Assembly (NCBI GenBank): GCA_032128375.1
Contig: JAQBGU010000083.1
Location: 1 to 44,509, forward strand
Reading direction: 5' to 3'
Length of the DNA: 44,509 nt
DNA from: Deltaproteobacteria bacterium
Lineage (GTDB): Bacteria; Myxococcota_A; UBA9160; SMWR01
Shown here: piece after piece, positions 19,547 to 28,988 of the stretch
How the letters are laid out: every line of letters starts with the position of its first letter
Position numbering within the stretch: position 1 is the first letter of the stretch
The notes under the pieces: model-generated
Told to the model about the DNA's origin: nothing
Databases searched by the model: none
What the model saw: only the letters and a program-made list of their open reading frames with translations
Position numbers and translations under genes: made by a program

Positions 19547-19568
19547 GATCCATTTCGTCAGCGCGGGG

Positions 19569-20057
19569 GTGATGATGAGAATCGGAGCCATTTTTCCTAC
19601 GACTGAAATCGGTGCCGATCCTGTCGTCGTGCGCGATTGGGCCCAGGCTGCCGAACAACTCGGCTATTCCGATGTTCTGTGTTACGACCACGTACTCCGT
19701 TCCGAGCACGCTGGACGCGAGCCCGCGCTCGCCGGTCCTTACACGGAAAATGACCCGTTCCATCTCGCGCTTCGAGCGATGGACACCGCTGCCGAGTTCG
19801 TTGGTGCACGGCGAGTCGGCTTCAAGGATCCCCAGGCTTGCATCGACGCGCTCGAGACATTCAAAAGGGAGACCGGCTTTCAGTGCGCGGATGCAATCGA
19901 TTTCATCTGGCGGCCCGCCTCGCTTGCAGTGTTCCATGGCATGGTTGGGCCGCGCCCGCGTCTCGGCGAAGCGACTCTGCTAACAGGTATCGACGGCTTG
20001 CTGCATCTCGATGGAGACTTTGCGGCGTGGCGCGAAAATGGACCGCCCGTCGAATAG
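19569..20057 (+). pseudogene. Internally deleted LLM-class F420-dependent oxidoreductase, running into a probable rhodanese remnant
   Basis: N-terminus MRIGAIFPTTEIG...AEQLGY...YDHVL stops at PFH (residue 65), where EP and the barrel core are expected. It is followed by a C-terminus-like segment and the tail HLDGDFAAWRENGPPVE. Only 162 aa. Confidence 0.7.
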
Positions 20058-20070
20058 CCGAGGGGTAACC

Positions 20071-21732
20071 GTGAAAACCAACGATCCCAACCTGACTTTC
20101 GGCCGATTTCTCGCGGGTGTCGCCACTCGTCATGCGGATCGGGTGGCTATCCGGTTCGAAGCGCAGACGATTACCTACCGCGAGCTGGAAGCACGCTCGC
20201 GGCGCCTGGCTCGTGCACTCGTCGGAGCCGGCGTCGTCAAGGGCGCGCGAGTGGCGGTTCAGATGGCGAACCGGCCGGAATGGGCCGAAGCCGCATTCGC
20301 GGTCGGCATGATCGGCGCGGTGTTGGTCCCGGTGAATACCTTCGCGAGCCGTGAGGAATTCGACCATATTCTCAGACACAGTGATGCGTCCTTCTTGTTG
20401 ATGCAGCCCGCGCTGTTGAACCACGCGTTTCTCGCTGATCTCGTCGCGGGTCATCCCGATATCCTAGGCGGAACTCCGGGTCGGCTGCGGTGTGCTTCGC
20501 TTCCGCAGTTGCGTGGTGCGGCGTGTCTTTCGATCGACGCGAACCGCGGCGGTGTGTTGGCCTGGGGCAATCTTATCGCGCTCGGCGACGACGTATCCGA
20601 CGACTTGATCGACGCGTTGTGCGACCAGGTCGAGCCTTCAGATGATGCACTCATCATCTACACGTCAGGGACGACGTCGCGGCCGAAGGGTGTTGTTCAT
20701 CTGCAGCGCGCGGGTGTCTTGCAGGGTTGGCGGTTTTCCGAGCTGATGTTGTTCGATGCGGAAGATCGCGTGTTCACCACCTACCCGTTCTTCTGGACTG
20801 CCGGAATCGCAATGTCGCTGCTACCCGCGTTGGCCAGCGGCGCCTGCTTGCTGCTGCAAGAGGTTTTCGAACCGGGTGCAGCGCTCGACCTGATCGAATC
20901 CGAGGGAGCGACGGCCGTCCATGCCTGGCCCCACCAGCAGAAGGCACTCGGAGAGCATCCGACCGCCGCGCAACGAAACCTCGAATCGGTTCGCAAGGTC
21001 GATTTCTCGGCGCCAATCGCGAAACTCGCGGGGATCGGGCAGGACGTCTATGGGGCCGGAGCGTCTTATGGGGCGAGTGAGACGTTCACGATTTCCAGCA
21101 TGATCGCATGCGACGCTCCGATCGCGATCCGCAGCACGACGAACGGTCGTCCGCTGCCCGGCATGCTCGTGCGAATCGTAGATCCCGAGTCCGGCGCGCG
21201 CCTTCCTGCTGGAACCGAAGGTGAGATCGCCGTCAAGGGTGTGACCTTGATGCGCGGGTACCACAAGGTGCTGCCGGAACTCTTCCTCGACAGCGATGGG
21301 TTCTATCGCAGCCAGGACGGCGGTTCGCTCGACACGGACGGCTACCTGCACTGGTCGGGCCGGTTGTCCAACTTGATCAAGACCGGAGGCGCGAATGTCT
21401 CGCCGATCGAGATCCAGGAAGCCCTGGAACGGCATCCGCAGATCAAGGTGGGAATCCCGGTTGGGGTCGGGCATCCGACGCTCGGTGAGGTGATCGTATT
21501 GTGCGCCGTCCCAGTGGCGGGTGAGACGCTGGACGAAGCCGAGATCCGGACATTTCTGCGCAAGCGTCTGGCGGCTTACAAGGTTCCCAAGCGAGTGCTG
21601 ACGTTTGGAAGCGATGAGCTTTCATACACGGGCAACCAGAAGATCCAGGTGGCACCACTGGTCGATGCAGCGCGCGAACGGCTCGAAGCAGAAAGCGCGG
21701 TCATCGAAGGTTACCGCTACGGCGAAGACTGA
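20071..21732 (+). CDS. Acyl-CoA synthetase / AMP-binding enzyme (553 aa)
   Basis: YTSGTTSRPKG, YGASET, LIKTGGANV and AYKVP. GAGGGG RBS before GTG 20071. Paralogue of 5621-7258. Confidence 0.92.
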   Translation: MKTNDPNLTFGRFLAGVATRHADRVAIRFEAQTITYRELEARSRRLARALVGAGVVKGARVAVQMANRPEWAEAAFAVGMIGAVLVPVNTFASREEFDHILRHSDASFLLMQPALLNHAFLADLVAGHPDILGGTPGRLRCASLPQLRGAACLSIDANRGGVLAWGNLIALGDDVSDDLIDALCDQVEPSDDALIIYTSGTTSRPKGVVHLQRAGVLQGWRFSELMLFDAEDRVFTTYPFFWTAGIAMSLLPALASGACLLLQEVFEPGAALDLIESEGATAVHAWPHQQKALGEHPTAAQRNLESVRKVDFSAPIAKLAGIGQDVYGAGASYGASETFTISSMIACDAPIAIRSTTNGRPLPGMLVRIVDPESGARLPAGTEGEIAVKGVTLMRGYHKVLPELFLDSDGFYRSQDGGSLDTDGYLHWSGRLSNLIKTGGANVSPIEIQEALERHPQIKVGIPVGVGHPTLGEVIVLCAVPVAGETLDEAEIRTFLRKRLAAYKVPKRVLTFGSDELSYTGNQKIQVAPLVDAARERLEAESAVIEGYRYGED

Positions 21733-21907
21733 CCCAGGCTTTTCATCTTGGCCGGCTCTTTGTGGCGTGGGCGAGATTCCCATTCAATCGGCCGATCGGA
21801 CGATGGATTTGAGTCGCAAGTTTGCGGTCTGGGTGTAACGACGAGGCCGGCAGAGCGCCTTGACCGATCTGGGTAAAGCATCGCGCTCGCACGCCGATGC
21901 TCTGTGT

Positions 21908-24724
21908 ATGATCCGGGGGACTGCGCTCTTTCTGACGCTGCTCACGGGTGTGAGCGGGCTTGTCTATCAGGTCGCCTGGCAGAAGCTGCTCGCCAGCTTG
22001 CTCGGCTCGCACAGCGAGGCTACCGCCGCGGTGCTCGCGCTCTTTCTCGGCGGATTGTCGGCGGGTTACATGCTGTTCGGCGCGCTGTCGACGCGCGTTG
22101 TCGCTCGCGGCGGTTCGCCGCTGTTGGTCTATGGGGCCGTAGAGTGCGCGATTGGCGCACTGGCGCTTGGGTTCGCGCCAATGTTCGCCGGGATTCAGGC
22201 GCTCTCGCTCGCATTACCCCATGCTTCGCCGGCAGTGTCGTTCGCACTCGATGTCGGGCTCAGCGCTTTGTTGATCCTGCCTCCCACCATGCTGATGGGC
22301 GGCACCATCCCGCTGCTTACGCAGGGACTCTCCAGAGGTGTCGCGGACGCTACACGCTTTCACTCAGCGGTGTACGCGTTCAACACCGCGGGGGCCTTCG
22401 TTGGCGCGATCGCCGCGGCATTCGCGTTGATTCCAGCTCTCGGGCTCGAACTCACGATTCAGGCGATGGGTTGTGTGAACCTTGGCGCCGGGCTTTCTTT
22501 CGTCGCGCTCCGAAGACACGGCCTCGCCATCGTGAGTCGAGACACGGCCGAACAGGAAGTCCGCCACCCGGTCGACGGTTTCGCGGTCTACGCGGTCGTT
22601 GCGTTGCTTGCGGGCTTCGCGATGATGAGCCTGCAGACGACACTGAACCGACTTGGCGCGCTCGCGCTTGGCGCATCCCCCTTCACGTTCGCGGTCGTCG
22701 TCGCGATCTTCGTGCTCTCGATCGCGATCGGTAGTTTCGCTGTCGCGGCGCTGCCACGGGTCCGGCCGACCTGGGTTGCGCTCTCGCAGTGGGCGCTGAC
22801 TCTGCTGCTCATCGTGCTTTATCCACACATGGAGAACTCGGGATTCTGGGCCTATGTACTGCATTCGAAAATCGGTCTCGACACAGCGGTTGCACCCTAC
22901 TACACGGCCGTGTTCTTGTCTGTGTTTGCGATCGCGCTCGTCCCGCTCGCGCTCTCGGGTGCGCTGTTACCGCTTCTCTTCCATCACTTGCGTGAACAGG
23001 CGGAAGATCTCGGACACACGGCCGGGCGCCTGTACGCGTGGAACACCGTCGGCTCGCTGCTCGGTGCGCTGCTCGGCGGATATCTGCTGCTGTTCTGGCT
23101 CGACCTGCATCACATCTACCGCTTATCGGTCGTCGCACTCGCCGTCGGGTCCGCATTGCTGACGCCGCGGGTGGGGCTCGCGCGTGGCCGCGTCGCGGCA
23201 TTGTCACTCGTCGGTGTGCTAGGCGTCGTCGCATTTCAACCGGCTTGGCGCGCGGATCGACTCGCGATGGGTCTGTTTCGAAGTCGCATTTCCGCCGAGG
23301 AGATCGCGACTGAACCCGACGTCTACTTCACGGGTTCTGAGCGCTTCCGCCGCGCACCGGTGATTTTTGCAACAGACGACCCCTCGGCAACCGTGACCGT
23401 CACAGCGAACGCTGTGGGTCGCGAGATCATCGTGAACGGGAAATCCGACGGCCAAATCCCGAACGACAATATGACGACCGGCCTGCTGGGGCTGCTTCCG
23501 GCGCTCCACAGCGACGGCTGCGAGCGCGCATTTGTAATCGGCTACGGCACCGGGATGACCGTCGGTGAACTCGCCGCACTCGAGTGCACACGCGAGATTG
23601 TAGTCGCCGAGATTTCGCGGGGCGTCGTGGAGGCCGCGCCGCTGTTCGAATCGCTCAACCGCGGAGCTCTCGCGAACCCGAAGACCCGGCTCGTTCAGAG
23701 CGACGCGTATCGGACGCTGCTTCGCGACCAGAGCCGCTACGACGTGATCGTTTCGGAACCGAGCAACCCATGGGTCAGCGGCGTCGAGAACCTGTATTCC
23801 ATCGAATTTCTGCGGGCGGCCCGCGACCACCTTGCTCCGGGGGGTGTCTACGCCCAGTGGTACCACGTCTACGAAACCAACGATGAGGCGCTTGCGCTCG
23901 TCCTCGCAACCTTCCGCGAAGTGTTTGGCCGGGTCGCTGTCTGGAACGGGCGCGATTCCGACCTGATCCTGCTCGGTTTCGCGAACACTGATCTGGAGCC
24001 GGATATCGAGCGGCTCGGGGCGCGCTATGACGGCGACGGATTCAAACGCCAGCTCTCGGCGATCGGGCTCACGTCGTTTCCTCGGCTGATCGCACACGAG
24101 GTATTGCCACCGGGCGTCGTAGCAGCACTTTCGCTCCCTCCCGAGCTGCACACGCTGGTCCACCCGGTGCTCTCGGATGTGGCGGCACGCGGCTTCTACC
24201 GCAAACAGACGGCCGAAGTGCCGATAGGCCTCGGCCGACAAGCCGCTGCGATCGGCGCGCGCAATGCATTGGGCGGGCGACTGCTCTCGGACGGATTGCC
24301 AGAGACCCGTCTCGAATACCTGCGCGCCAGCTGTGACCTGAGCCTGAGCCGGTGCGCCACTCTGTTTGCAGCCTGGCTGCACGAATCGCCCGGCGACCCA
24401 TTGTTGCGTGCGAGCCTCGCTCGCGCGCGCCAGAACCAGCGTCTTGCGATCGCGCTCGCGCCTCGAGTACTCGAAGGTCTTGCCGCTTTCTACGGATCAG
24501 ACGCCACAGCCGGTGCCCCGCCGAGCTTTGAGCTGGCGAGCGACCTCGCGCGGCTGTACCCGAAGTACTATCACCACGCTGCCCCATTCCGCGCCGGCTC
24601 GCTCCATCTGGCGTGGCAACGTTGCGCCGAGACAGACGCGCGCTGTCGCGATCGGCTCGAGAGCATGCTCGGCCAGGGCATCCGTTCCGGCCCGGCTGCC
24701 TACGACGTTTCGCTGCGCCCGTAG
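21908..24724 (+). CDS. Multi-pass membrane domain fused to a spermidine-synthase-like domain (938 aa)
   Basis: Many TM helices with repeated YAxNTxG motifs, then VIGYGTGMT, AEIS, DAY, YDVIVSEPSNPW and LAPGGVYAQW. Confidence 0.88.
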   Translation: MIRGTALFLTLLTGVSGLVYQVAWQKLLASLLGSHSEATAAVLALFLGGLSAGYMLFGALSTRVVARGGSPLLVYGAVECAIGALALGFAPMFAGIQALSLALPHASPAVSFALDVGLSALLILPPTMLMGGTIPLLTQGLSRGVADATRFHSAVYAFNTAGAFVGAIAAAFALIPALGLELTIQAMGCVNLGAGLSFVALRRHGLAIVSRDTAEQEVRHPVDGFAVYAVVALLAGFAMMSLQTTLNRLGALALGASPFTFAVVVAIFVLSIAIGSFAVAALPRVRPTWVALSQWALTLLLIVLYPHMENSGFWAYVLHSKIGLDTAVAPYYTAVFLSVFAIALVPLALSGALLPLLFHHLREQAEDLGHTAGRLYAWNTVGSLLGALLGGYLLLFWLDLHHIYRLSVVALAVGSALLTPRVGLARGRVAALSLVGVLGVVAFQPAWRADRLAMGLFRSRISAEEIATEPDVYFTGSERFRRAPVIFATDDPSATVTVTANAVGREIIVNGKSDGQIPNDNMTTGLLGLLPALHSDGCERAFVIGYGTGMTVGELAALECTREIVVAEISRGVVEAAPLFESLNRGALANPKTRLVQSDAYRTLLRDQSRYDVIVSEPSNPWVSGVENLYSIEFLRAARDHLAPGGVYAQWYHVYETNDEALALVLATFREVFGRVAVWNGRDSDLILLGFANTDLEPDIERLGARYDGDGFKRQLSAIGLTSFPRLIAHEVLPPGVVAALSLPPELHTLVHPVLSDVAARGFYRKQTAEVPIGLGRQAAAIGARNALGGRLLSDGLPETRLEYLRASCDLSLSRCATLFAAWLHESPGDPLLRASLARARQNQRLAIALAPRVLEGLAAFYGSDATAGAPPSFELASDLARLYPKYYHHAAPFRAGSLHLAWQRCAETDARCRDRLESMLGQGIRSGPAAYDVSLRP

Positions 24725-24938
24725 AGAACGAGGCCCGATTGCCTGCCGGTAGGCAGATCTTAGGATTCGGCTCCAGTCTCGAGGTCGAACGCGCGGGTAC
24801 TCCTCCGTCCGCGATACCTTCTGCGCCTTGACACGATGATGGTCCCGGGCACAAGCTGGGACGCACGAACCGGCCCAGTGAGTCAGCGAGGAATTCTTGT
24901 TGTCGGATTCGATCCTGTCCGCGTCAGTACCGCCGAGT

Positions 24939-25952
24939 ATGAAGGTCGCCATCTACCGCGGCCGCGGCAAGATCGATGTCGAGTCGACGTCCACGCCAAC
25001 GCTGGCGGCCGATGATGTACTTCTGCGCATCAGCCACTGTGGTGTCTGCGGTACGGATTTGCACCTGGTGATGGAGGGTTGGGGGAGACCGAACACCATC
25101 GGTGGCCACGAGTACTCGGGCGAGGTCGTCGCCATTGGATCGGCAGTGACGGGTTGGGAGATCGGAGATGCTGCTGTTGGTGGACCGCATCCCTACTGCG
25201 GAAGTTGTGAAGGCTGTCTCGCACATCGCCCATCGCTTTGCGACGGGTCAGGAACGCCCGGTTCGAACGAGGAGCTGGGAGCGTTCGCAGAGTTCAAGCG
25301 CGTGCCCGCGGCGCAGTTGATGCGCATCCCGGACGGATTGAGCCTGCGCGACGCCGCTCTGTGTGAGCCGCTGGCCGTCGCCCTTCACGGCATCACGCAA
25401 AGCGGTATCGTTGCCGGACAACGCGCGCTGATCACCGGAGCTGGGCCGGTCGGCGCTTTGACACTCGCCGCGTTGCTCACGAAAGGGATCGACGACATCA
25501 CCGTGAGTGAGCCCGCCCGATCGCGACGAGACCTCGCCCGCAGCATCGGAGCCACGCGTGTGATCGAACCCGACGCCATCGAGATTCCGCCGATGCCGTT
25601 CACGATCGCCGACAACGCCCATCATGTGGCGTTTGAGTGTTCAGGCAACCCGACAGCGTTGCGCGGCGCCCTGGCCCAGCTGAAGAAGGGCGGAACGCTC
25701 GTCATCCTGGGCACCGGAATGGAACAGCCGTCGCTCGACACGAACCGCGTGTTGCTCAATGAGCTGATCGTCACGGGTGCCTACAACTACGATGAAGGCG
25801 GTTTTGCTGAGGCTCTCGAGCTATTGGCATCCGGTAAGATTGCAGTCGACCAACTGGCTGACAGCAGAGACGTACCGCTCGAAGGCCTGATCTCATCGAT
25901 GCGGAGCCTGGTTGCCGGCGAGATCGCCGGCAAAGTACTGGTGAAGCCTTGA
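24939..25952 (+). CDS. Zinc-dependent alcohol dehydrogenase, MDR family (337 aa)
   Basis: CGVCGTD, GHE, CGSCEGC...C, EPLA, GAGPVG and ECSG. Confidence 0.93.
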   Translation: MKVAIYRGRGKIDVESTSTPTLAADDVLLRISHCGVCGTDLHLVMEGWGRPNTIGGHEYSGEVVAIGSAVTGWEIGDAAVGGPHPYCGSCEGCLAHRPSLCDGSGTPGSNEELGAFAEFKRVPAAQLMRIPDGLSLRDAALCEPLAVALHGITQSGIVAGQRALITGAGPVGALTLAALLTKGIDDITVSEPARSRRDLARSIGATRVIEPDAIEIPPMPFTIADNAHHVAFECSGNPTALRGALAQLKKGGTLVILGTGMEQPSLDTNRVLLNELIVTGAYNYDEGGFAEALELLASGKIAVDQLADSRDVPLEGLISSMRSLVAGEIAGKVLVKP

Positions 25953-25983
25953 AAAGAGCTTGATCAAAATTGGAGAATGACTC

Positions 25984-26457
25984 GTGAGTGAGAGTTCTGT
26001 TACCCCGATCCCCGTATTCAATCACGTGGCAATGAGTCTACCCGCCGACTTGCTCGGACAATTGGGACGCACCGAAATTCTGCGTTTCTATGGCAAGGTG
26101 TTCGGCTGGACCGAGATGCCCACCATGACCGAGGACAGAAAGCGAATGGTCCTACGTGTACACAGCAACGAGCAATTCGTGTTCCTGGTGGCCGACGAGG
26201 ATCCGATGAGCTGCCCGCCAGGCGACCATTTTGGTATGTCCGTTTCGACGCTGGATGATTTGAATCGCTGCCTGGAGGCGGCCCGAGAATTTCAGGAGCA
26301 GGACGCGCGCGTCGAAATCATCGAGAGCAAGCTGGAAGACTACACAGTCCTGAAGCTCCACAGCTTCTACGTCCGATACCAGTTGCCTTTGATGATCGAG
26401 ATCCAGTGCTACGAATGGGCCGAGGGATTCGGTCGAGATAGCCTCCCGGAGGTATGA
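25984..26457 (+). CDS. VOC/glyoxalase-like protein (157 aa)
   Basis: FNHVAMS, FYGKVFGW, DHFGMSV and a terminal IEIQ, typical of paired VOC modules. Confidence 0.7.
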   Translation: MSESSVTPIPVFNHVAMSLPADLLGQLGRTEILRFYGKVFGWTEMPTMTEDRKRMVLRVHSNEQFVFLVADEDPMSCPPGDHFGMSVSTLDDLNRCLEAAREFQEQDARVEIIESKLEDYTVLKLHSFYVRYQLPLMIEIQCYEWAEGFGRDSLPEV

Positions 26458-27327
26458 GTGGCACGGCTCGAATACCGAGGCCGAGTCGCGATCGTAACTG
26501 GAGCATCGTCAGGGATTGGTTACGTGACGGCCGCCGAATTCGCCCGACGTGGCTGTACTGTGGTCGCTGTCGCTCGGCGAGAGGAGAAACTGGCGCGGCT
26601 CGTCGATGCCTGTAAGGAGCATGCGCCCAAGTCAATCTACCAGGCGGGTGATCTCGGCGAGCGCGCGTTCGCGGAGAGCGTAGTCGACACTACCTTCGAT
26701 CGATTGGGTCGGATCGATTTCCTGATCAACAACGCCGGTGTCTCGAAGCACAAACAGATCTATCACCTGTCATCCGACGAGGCCGAGCGCGTGATGCAAG
26801 TGAACTTCCTTTCCTGTGTCTGGACGACACTCGCAGCCATACCGTACATGTTGCGACGCGCGGAAGGGTGGATCGTCAACGTATCGTCGTTCGTCACCAA
26901 GGCGCCGGCTCCGCGGGAGAGCCTGTACATTGCATCAAAATCGGCGATGAATGGCTTTACCGAAGGTCTGTGGAGCGATCTCGAAGGTTCGAACATTCAC
27001 GCGGCATTGGTCGTTCCCGGTCCGATTGACACCGAGATCTGGCAGAAGGAAGACGAGCCTGTGGCCTATGATGGGCCGCTCTACCCCCCGGATATCGTTG
27101 CCAAGGCCATCTTCAAGGTCATCGAAAAGCGGTTGTTCGAGCGGGTCGTCCCGCGCTGGAACCTGCCACTGCTGACGGCGGCCTTCTTGCGTCGCGCGTT
27201 TCCCGCTGTACTGCGGATGGGGTTGCGGCGTATGGAGCCGGTTCCAGCGGAGGTCGTCGAAGCGGCTCGCCGCCGAGCGAACCTGGGCCGCCGACTCGGC
27301 GACATGAGCGAATCGCCCAAGAGCTGA
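26458..27327 (+). CDS. Short-chain dehydrogenase/reductase (289 aa)
   Basis: TGASSGIG, NNAG, YIASK and PGPIDT. The GTG abuts the previous stop. Confidence 0.93.
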   Translation: MARLEYRGRVAIVTGASSGIGYVTAAEFARRGCTVVAVARREEKLARLVDACKEHAPKSIYQAGDLGERAFAESVVDTTFDRLGRIDFLINNAGVSKHKQIYHLSSDEAERVMQVNFLSCVWTTLAAIPYMLRRAEGWIVNVSSFVTKAPAPRESLYIASKSAMNGFTEGLWSDLEGSNIHAALVVPGPIDTEIWQKEDEPVAYDGPLYPPDIVAKAIFKVIEKRLFERVVPRWNLPLLTAAFLRRAFPAVLRMGLRRMEPVPAEVVEAARRRANLGRRLGDMSESPKS

Positions 27328-27329
27328 GG

Positions 27330-28202
27330 CTAGCGGCTACGTCGCTGGCTCCCTTGCCCGCCCCGACGGCCTTGGCCATTTTGGCGATTGCTGGTGCGTT
27401 TGCTGTAGTTGTGGTTGCCGTAGTTGTGGTTGCCGTAGTTGCGTTTGCTGTAGTTGCGTTTGCTGTAGTTGTGGTTGGTGTAGTTGTGGTTGCTGTAGTT
27501 GCGGTGGCCGTAGTTGCGGTGGCCGTAATTGCGGTGGCCGTAGTTGCGGTGGTTGCCGTAGCCGTAGTTCCGGTAGCGATAGTAGGGGTAGCTATAACGA
27601 CCGTAGCCATAGTAGGGGTAGCCGTAGTACCCGTAGCCGTAGTAGGGATAGCCGTAGTAGGGATAGCCATAGTAGGGATAGCCATAGCCATAATCGAATC
27701 CAGTTGAATATCCACTGCCGAAGCAGAGGCCTGCGAAGCAGTACGAGGCCGATAAGCCCACCCGCGGATATTGATAGGAGTACCCATTATCCCAGCCAGC
27801 GTTTGGATAAGAAGCAAAAGACGGCTCGGGAGGGCCAGTAGAGTAACTTTCCAGAACGGGCGCCTCGGATCGGACTTCCAGCTGAGGTTCGAATGATTCG
27901 CTGGCCTCCTGCCAGCTTCCATCTGGCTCGCGGCAGGCGACTCCGAAAATTTCCTGCTGGCTACCCGCGATCTGTGCGGTGAACGAATATTCGCGGCATT
28001 CGCGGCCGGATGCATTGGGTCTCGCAGCCGCATCGGTGAAGGTCCCGACGACTCCGGTTCGCTGGTTGACCCAACCCAGGGAATTGCCGTTGGCAGCGCG
28101 CTGCGAGGCGCCGTCTTCGGCCGAGGTTGCCGCGCTAGCTCCCGGTGCCGGGGACAGCAACATCGCCAGGCTCGCGATTGCGGACAGGATCAATCGGTTC
28201 AT
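27330..28202 (-). CDS. Secreted protein with a 17-kDa-surface-antigen-like (RT0821/Lpp0805) domain and a Tyr/Gly/Asn-rich tail (290 aa)
   Basis: Signal peptide, WVNQRTG...G, CREYS...I.G...GVACREPDGSWQ, then YYGYP and NYxxx repeats. GGAG RBS. Confidence 0.8.
   Translation of the reverse strand: MNRLILSAIASLAMLLSPAPGASAATSAEDGASQRAANGNSLGWVNQRTGVVGTFTDAAARPNASGRECREYSFTAQIAGSQQEIFGVACREPDGSWQEASESFEPQLEVRSEAPVLESYSTGPPEPSFASYPNAGWDNGYSYQYPRVGLSASYCFAGLCFGSGYSTGFDYGYGYPYYGYPYYGYPYYGYGYYGYPYYGYGRYSYPYYRYRNYGYGNHRNYGHRNYGHRNYGHRNYSNHNYTNHNYSKRNYSKRNYGNHNYGNHNYSKRTSNRQNGQGRRGGQGSQRRSR
27396..27545 (-). repeat. Ten 15-bp coding repeats (NY[GST][HNK][RH])
   Basis: Plus-strand units of the form GyGkTkGyyGTArTT every 15 bp from 27396. 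Confidence 0.92.
27601..27692 (-). repeat. Coding YYGYP/YYGYG repeats
   Basis: Repeated TAGTAGGGATAGCC-like units on the plus strand. Confidence 0.85.
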
Positions 28203-28452
28203 CTTCGTCTCCGTTTCGTGCTCGCGACCGTCACGTCAAACGCGCTGATGATCATCAGATCAAGACGCAGCGCGGGGCTGCGTTATTCAGTCAGAATATC
28301 CGAAGACGGGCCCGAATCCGACCCATTGGTGCCTGGGCCCCTCGGGGATGCAACTCGTGTGCAACTCGGCGCCCTCGACGAGAGCGGTTTTTTCCGATAG
28401 ATCCCCCCCGGCAGGCTAGAATGGCCCGCTACTCGACGACGCGGAGGGTTTT

Positions 28453-28890
28453 GTGGCAAACGGTGATTCGGCTGACGATCTCCAGAGGAAACGCGCAGAA
28501 AAGGTCGAAAAGAGCGACGACAGTTGGCGCGAGCAACTCGACTCGGAGCAATTCGAGGTTTGCCGCCTGAAAGCCACCGAGCGACCCTTCACCGGAAAGT
28601 ACAACGACTGCAAAGACGCGGGCACCTATCGCTGCGTGTGTTGCGGCAACGAGTTGTTCCACTCTGGTTCCAAATACGATTCCGGTTCGGGATGGCCGAG
28701 CTTCTTCGAAACACTCGGAGAGCACAGTGTACGAACTGAAGTCGACATGAGTGCCGGTATGGCTCGCACTGAGGTTCTCTGCCGGCGCTGCGACTCTCAC
28801 CTCGGACATGTTTTTCCGGATGGCCCCGCGCCGACTGGACAGCGCTATTGCATGAACTCGATCGCACTGAAGCTGGAGCCGAAGGACTAG
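28453..28890 (+). CDS. msrB: Peptide-methionine (R)-S-oxide reductase
   Basis: TERPFTG, CVCC, SGSGWPSF, CRRCDSHLGHVFPDGP and RYCMNS. Confidence 0.96.
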   Translation: MANGDSADDLQRKRAEKVEKSDDSWREQLDSEQFEVCRLKATERPFTGKYNDCKDAGTYRCVCCGNELFHSGSKYDSGSGWPSFFETLGEHSVRTEVDMSAGMARTEVLCRRCDSHLGHVFPDGPAPTGQRYCMNSIALKLEPKD

Positions 28891-28913
28891 GGTGATTTTT
28901 TCACCGCTGTCGC

Positions 28914-28945
28914 CTGCCCGCTGGAGCTGGCGCTCTACCGGGCAG
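28914..28945. terminator. Hairpin between the convergent msrB and LLM genes
   Basis: CTGCCCG-C-TGGAGC / TGGC loop / GCTCTA-C-CGGGCAG. No clear U tract. Confidence 0.4.
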
Positions 28946-28988
28946 ATTCCGAGCGGACCCGTATTTTCGCCCGGCACGCTGCGTAGGA

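Noticed and set aside
27119..28033. Thr/Ala-rich mucin-like ORF, and the Val/Ala-rich antisense ORF 27354-27707
   Set aside because: These are alternative readings of the same 15-bp repeats. Only 27330-28202 has an RBS, a signal peptide and a recognisable domain.
28245..28258. Perfect palindrome CTGATGATCATCAG as a fourth operator copy
   Set aside because: The spacer is one base shorter and the flanks differ from ATCTGAY-N5-GTCAGAT. It may be a different site but is unsupported.
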